From Candidatus Aenigmatarchaeota archaeon (GTDB lineage: Archaea > Aenigmatarchaeota > Aenigmatarchaeia > CG10238-14 > SpSt-28), in the NCBI GenBank assembly GCA_038997165.1, contig JAWBAK010000003.1, positions 1-10,694 of the forward strand: 10,694 bases of DNA, written 5' to 3'. Positions 7,175 to 10,694 of the stretch are shown here, in pieces. Within the stretch, counting starts at the first letter, position 1, and the number at the start of each line of letters is the position of its first letter. Both the position numbers and the translations under genes were made by a program. Under the pieces are notes generated by a model that was not told where the DNA came from, did no database searches, and saw nothing but the letters and a program-made list of their open reading frames with translations.

Positions 7175-10030
7175 ATGAACTCTTCTTTTGAATTTTTTAA
7201 AAATATAGAAGAAAAATGGCAAAAAATTTGGGAAGAAAAAAAATGTTATTGTCCGGAAATAGACAAGGATAAACCAAAATTTTTTATAACTGTTCCTTAT
7301 CCATATGTATCTGGTTTATTACATTTAGGAAATGCTTATACTTTTGCAAGAGGAGATTTTCTAGCTAGATACAAAAGGTTAAAAGGATTTAATGTTCTTT
7401 GGGCACAGGGATGGCATTTAACTGGTTCTCCAATAATTTCAAAAGCATATAGATTAAAGGAGGGGGATCAAAAAATTATAAAAGATCTTAAAGCTGATGG
7501 TATTCCAGAATCTGATTTTGAAAAATTAAAAAGTCCTGAAGGTTGGGCTATATATTTCATGCAATTAAATAGAGAATATTTCAAAAAATTTGGATTTTCT
7601 ATTGATTGGAGAAGAGAATTTTATACAACTTACTTAAATCCTTGGTATGATAAATTTGTAAAATGGCAATATAACAAATTAAAAGAAAAAGGTTTAATAA
7701 CCAAAGGTGAACATCCTGTAATTATAGATCCCAAAACAAAAATTATTGTTGGAGATCATGATAGAGCCGACGAATTCGCTGGAATATCCTATGAAGAAGG
7801 ATTGATAATAAAATTTTACTGGAAAACTTGGGATAAATATATAAAGGATATAGAAATTAAAGATTATGTTGTTTTTCCATGTTATACTTTAAGAGCAGAA
7901 ACTATATATGGTGTAACTAATATATGGATAAACCCTAACGTAGACTATGTAATTGCTAAAGTTGATTCTGAATTTTGGATTCTACCAGATTCTATAGTAA
8001 TTGAAGAATTAAGAGCACAAAATCATAATGTTATAGTTCTTAAAAAAATATCAAAGGAAAGATTATTTAAAGATTTTATAGAAATCGGAGAAAAAGTAAT
8101 AAATCCTATAACTAATGAAAAAATTCCTATATTACCAGCCGAATTTTTAGATCCAGAAATAGGAACAGGAATTGTGATGTCTGTTCCATCAGATGCTCCT
8201 TTTGACTATATCGCTCTTTTAGATTTATTAAAAGATCCTAGATTTAAAGAAATTGCTGAGGAATGTTTGAAAAATATGAAATCTTTATTTAAATTAGATG
8301 ATTATTCTGAATATCCTGCAAAAGATGAAGTTGAAAAGGAAAACATAAAATCACAAAATGAAAAAGAAAAATTAATTAAAATTACCAAAAAGATATATAA
8401 TAAAGAATTTTATAATGGTGTTGCTAAAGAGATATATGGAAAATATGTTGGAAAAAAGATTGTAGAATTTAAAGAAGATTTTGAAAAAGAATTAATAGAA
8501 AAAGGTATTGCAATAAAACATTACACAGTTCCAATTAGATTTCCATCTAGATATAATAATAAAGTTGTTGTTGGTCTCGTAAAAGATCAATGGTTTTTAA
8601 AATATTCTGATATTATATGGAAAAAGAAAGCACATGAATGTATAGACAAGATGGAGATTTATCCTGAAGAAGTTAAAAAATTATTGCATGAATATGTTGA
8701 TTGGTATAAAGATTGGGCGTTTACCCATCAAAGAGAATTAGGATCCACTTTGCCATGGGATGATAATTGGACATTAGAATCTCTATCCGATTCTACAATA
8801 TATATGGCTCTTTATACAATATTTCATTTACTAAAAGAAATTCCACCAGAAAAGATTGATTATTCTTTATTTGACTATGTTTTTTTAGGTTTGGGAGATG
8901 AAGAAGAGATAATAAAAAAATATGGAAATATTGCTAAAAAAATGAGAGAAGAATTTCTATATTGGTATCCCTTAGATATTAGAACTTCTGGAAAAGATCT
9001 AATTGGAAATCATTTTGTATTTTTTATATTTCATCACTGTGCAATATTTCCAGAAAATTTATGGCCAAAAGGAATATTAATAAATGGTTGGGTTTTATCT
9101 GAAGGAAAAAAGATGTCTAAATCTCTAGGTAATTATATTTCTATGAAAGATGCTTATGAAAAATATAGTATAGATTGTATAAGATTTTTATTAGCATATG
9201 CTGGAAATTCTGGACTTGATGATGCAAATATAGAATTATCTAAAATTGAACATATTAAAAATTATTTATATTCTTGGTATGATTTTTGTATAAATAAATA
9301 TAACACGGGAAGAGATGGAGAAATTAATAAAGTGGATCTTTGGTTTAGACTTATTTTATACGAGATTATAAAAGACATAGAAAAAGAATATGAGAAGTTA
9401 AACACAAGAAATATTATAAACAAAATATATGAATTAGATAATGAATTTTCTTGGTATTTGAAGAGAGTAGAAGTTCCTCATAGAGAAATAATCAAAGAAT
9501 ATATAGAATTTAAATCTCTAGCATTGTATCCAATAATTCCACATATAATTTCTGAGATATTTGAAAAAATTGGAAAAGATCCTCTTAACTTAAAATGGCC
9601 AGATATAAAAGAAATTGATGAAAAAACATTAGAATTATTAAAACTAAGAGAATCTTTAGCAAAAAATATTAGAGAGGATATAATAAAAATTATGGAAATT
9701 TTAAATAAAAAAACAATTCAAGAAATCAATATAATTGTAGCAAGAAAAGAGAAATATGATATATTAGAATTAGTTAAAAAAGGAAAAAGTTTTGATGAAC
9801 TATTAGAACAGTACAAAGATTTTAGAGAATATATTATAAAATTAAAAGATAATATGTATATATTTTCATCTTACTTAAATTATAATGAAGAATTACAATT
9901 AATTGAAGAATTAAAGATGTTGCTAGAAAAAGAATTCAAATGTAGAGTTAATATATTAAAAGAAGAAGAAAGTACTAACTTAAAAGCCAAAAGAGCTATG
10001 CCTGGAAAGCCCGCAATAATAATAAACTAA
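7175..10030 (+). CDS. leuS: Leucyl-tRNA synthetase, archaeal/eukaryal type
   Basis: KFFITVPYPYVSGLLHLGN (HIGH variant), SIDWRREFYTT, GDHDR, CP1 TLRAETIYGVTN and GTGIVMSVPSDAPFD, ESLSDSTIYMA, YWYPLD.R.SGKDLI.NH, KMSKS, and C-terminal AMPGKPAI. Confidence 0.98.
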   Translation: MNSSFEFFKNIEEKWQKIWEEKKCYCPEIDKDKPKFFITVPYPYVSGLLHLGNAYTFARGDFLARYKRLKGFNVLWAQGWHLTGSPIISKAYRLKEGDQKIIKDLKADGIPESDFEKLKSPEGWAIYFMQLNREYFKKFGFSIDWRREFYTTYLNPWYDKFVKWQYNKLKEKGLITKGEHPVIIDPKTKIIVGDHDRADEFAGISYEEGLIIKFYWKTWDKYIKDIEIKDYVVFPCYTLRAETIYGVTNIWINPNVDYVIAKVDSEFWILPDSIVIEELRAQNHNVIVLKKISKERLFKDFIEIGEKVINPITNEKIPILPAEFLDPEIGTGIVMSVPSDAPFDYIALLDLLKDPRFKEIAEECLKNMKSLFKLDDYSEYPAKDEVEKENIKSQNEKEKLIKITKKIYNKEFYNGVAKEIYGKYVGKKIVEFKEDFEKELIEKGIAIKHYTVPIRFPSRYNNKVVVGLVKDQWFLKYSDIIWKKKAHECIDKMEIYPEEVKKLLHEYVDWYKDWAFTHQRELGSTLPWDDNWTLESLSDSTIYMALYTIFHLLKEIPPEKIDYSLFDYVFLGLGDEEEIIKKYGNIAKKMREEFLYWYPLDIRTSGKDLIGNHFVFFIFHHCAIFPENLWPKGILINGWVLSEGKKMSKSLGNYISMKDAYEKYSIDCIRFLLAYAGNSGLDDANIELSKIEHIKNYLYSWYDFCINKYNTGRDGEINKVDLWFRLILYEIIKDIEKEYEKLNTRNIINKIYELDNEFSWYLKRVEVPHREIIKEYIEFKSLALYPIIPHIISEIFEKIGKDPLNLKWPDIKEIDEKTLELLKLRESLAKNIREDIIKIMEILNKKTIQEINIIVARKEKYDILELVKKGKSFDELLEQYKDFREYIIKLKDNMYIFSSYLNYNEELQLIEELKMLLEKEFKCRVNILKEEESTNLKAKRAMPGKPAIIIN

Positions 10031-10044
10031 AAAATTTTTATATA
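10029..10044 (+). promoter_or_regulatory. Putative BRE/TATA promoter of the ORF at 10065
   Basis: A-run at 10029-10034 followed by TTTATATA at 10037-10044 (-28..-21 from the ATG). No SD motif is visible. Confidence 0.6.
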
Positions 10045-10064
10045 TAGAAAGACAATTACTTTAT

Positions 10065-10511
10065 ATGGTATTGGGTATCTTAAAGAAATCTAAAGAAAAA
10101 GAGAAGAAAGAAGATGAATTAGATTTTTTAAAGGATTTAGAAAGTATTAAGAGTGAATTTTTAGAAAAACCAATAGAAAAAGAAATAAAAGAACCTTTGG
10201 AAACAGTATCTTTCGAGCAAATTAGACCATTACCATTACAGAAAGAAGAAGAAAAAACAACTTTAGTAGAAAAAGAAAGTATCAAAACTACAATAGAAAA
10301 AGAATCTCCAGAAATATATGTAAAATTAGATAATTATAAAAAAGTTTTGAATTTATTGGAAAAATTGAAAGTAAAATTAAAAGAAATTGAAAATTTAGTT
10401 AATGAAATAAAAAGTATTAAAGAAAATGAAGTAAATAAACTTGAAGAAATAAAGCAAAGATTAGAACAATCAAAAGAGAATATAGGAGAAGTATTAGAGA
10501 ACCTTAAATAG
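10065..10511 (+). CDS. Hypothetical protein: short hydrophobic/basic N-terminus, E/K-rich linker, C-terminal coiled coil
   Basis: 148-aa ORF with its own TATA box. Heptad-like L/I spacing follows PEIYVKLDNY (VLNLLEKLKVKLKEIENLVNEIKSIK...LEEIKQRLEQSKENIGEV). Confidence 0.85.
   Translation: MVLGILKKSKEKEKKEDELDFLKDLESIKSEFLEKPIEKEIKEPLETVSFEQIRPLPLQKEEEKTTLVEKESIKTTIEKESPEIYVKLDNYKKVLNLLEKLKVKLKEIENLVNEIKSIKENEVNKLEEIKQRLEQSKENIGEVLENLK
10171..10304 (+). repeat. Short intragenic direct repeats (IEKE/VEKE units)
   Basis: CAATAGAAAAAGAA occurs exactly at 10171-10184 and 10291-10304, and TAGAAAAAGAA at 10267-10277. Peptide units are KPIEKEI, KTTLVEKES and KTTIEKES. Confidence 0.5.
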
Positions 10512-10544
10512 GCTTAAAAAATATAATATAAATAAAAAATAATA

Positions 10545-10615
10545 GCGCCGGTAGTCTAGTGGGAGGATGCGGGCCTGCCTAGCCCGAGACCCGGGTTCAA
10601 ATCCCGGCCGGCGCA
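10545..10615 (+). tRNA. tRNA-Gly(GCC), 71 nt, atypical U37, CCA not encoded
   Basis: Acceptor GCGCCGG/CCGGCGC, D-arm GTCT/GGAT, anticodon stem CGGGC/GCCCG, loop CTGCCTA (GCC at 10577-10579), 4-nt variable loop AGAC, T-arm CCGGG-TTCAAAT-CCCGG, discriminator A as in archaeal tRNA-Gly. Confidence 0.95.
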
Positions 10616-10627
10616 ACTAAAAATAAA

Positions 10628-10694
10628 ATGATGGATACTTTATATGTAAAAATAAAAAATTACCCAAAAATAAAAAGAGAAATATTGGAAGTAA
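10628..10694 (+). CDS. Partial ORF (5' end only), hypothetical
   Basis: Not in the ORF track. ATGATG begins 12 nt after tRNA-Gly and the frame stays open to the edge: MMDTLYVKIKNYPKIKREILEV. It shares a motif with the ORF at 10065. Confidence 0.65.
   Translation, partial: MMDTLYVKIKNYPKIKREILEV

Noticed and set aside
10061..10285. 74-aa minus-strand ORF
   Set aside because: Its S/F-rich composition is the expected antisense of E/K-rich codons in the 148-aa ORF.
10575..10581. CTA in the tRNA loop read as an amber suppressor or Pyl anticodon
   Set aside because: CTA occupies positions 36-38, not 34-36. The stem register fixes GCC after U33, the body is Gly-like, and TAG serves as an ordinary stop at 10509-10511.
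3610..10605. Repeat GGGTTCAAATCCC in tRNA-Arg and tRNA-Gly as att sites of an integrated element
   Set aside because: This is the conserved T-arm of two complete tRNAs. The enclosed genes are housekeeping and no integrase is present.
3558..10615. Split, permuted or intron-containing tRNAs, as known in Nanoarchaeota
   Set aside because: All three tRNAs are contiguous with 7-nt anticodon loops, and I found no BHB motif or orphan GC-rich half.
1..10694. CRISPR array, transposon or defence system
   Set aside because: I saw no regularly spaced repeats, terminal inverted repeats, transposase, or cas/restriction-type genes. TatD and the methyltransferase carry housekeeping-family motifs.

Overview
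A very AT-rich, tightly packed archaeal housekeeping region, most consistent with a reduced-genome, probably thermophilic DPANN (Nanoarchaeota-like) lineage. The lineage call is inferred from archaeal-type RFC, eS1 and LeuRS, the minimal intergenic spacing, and nearly all-GC tRNA stems in an AT-rich background. In order it contains: a partial ORF at the left edge; rfcL; a 135-aa single-TM protein; rfcS; a TatD hydrolase; tRNA-Arg(UCU); a ThiS/MoaD/SAMP ubiquitin-like protein; tRNA-Ser(GGA); a membrane-anchored Lon-proteolytic-domain (S16) protease; an RlmI-like PUA/SAM methyltransferase; rps3ae; leuS; a coiled-coil protein; tRNA-Gly(GCC); and a partial ORF at the right edge. I see no CRISPR array, mobile element, defence system or rRNA, and no clearly new multi-gene system. 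The best leads are (1) a membrane protein coupled between rfcS and rfcL that ends in a PIP-box-like motif while RfcL lacks its usual PIP tail, (2) a tRNA-Gly with U at the normally purine position 37, (3) two possibly paralogous proteins sharing YVK[LI]xNYxK on either side of tRNA-Gly, and (4) promoter spacing that suggests leaderless mRNAs and tRNAs, including one palindromic TATA box shared by two divergent genes.
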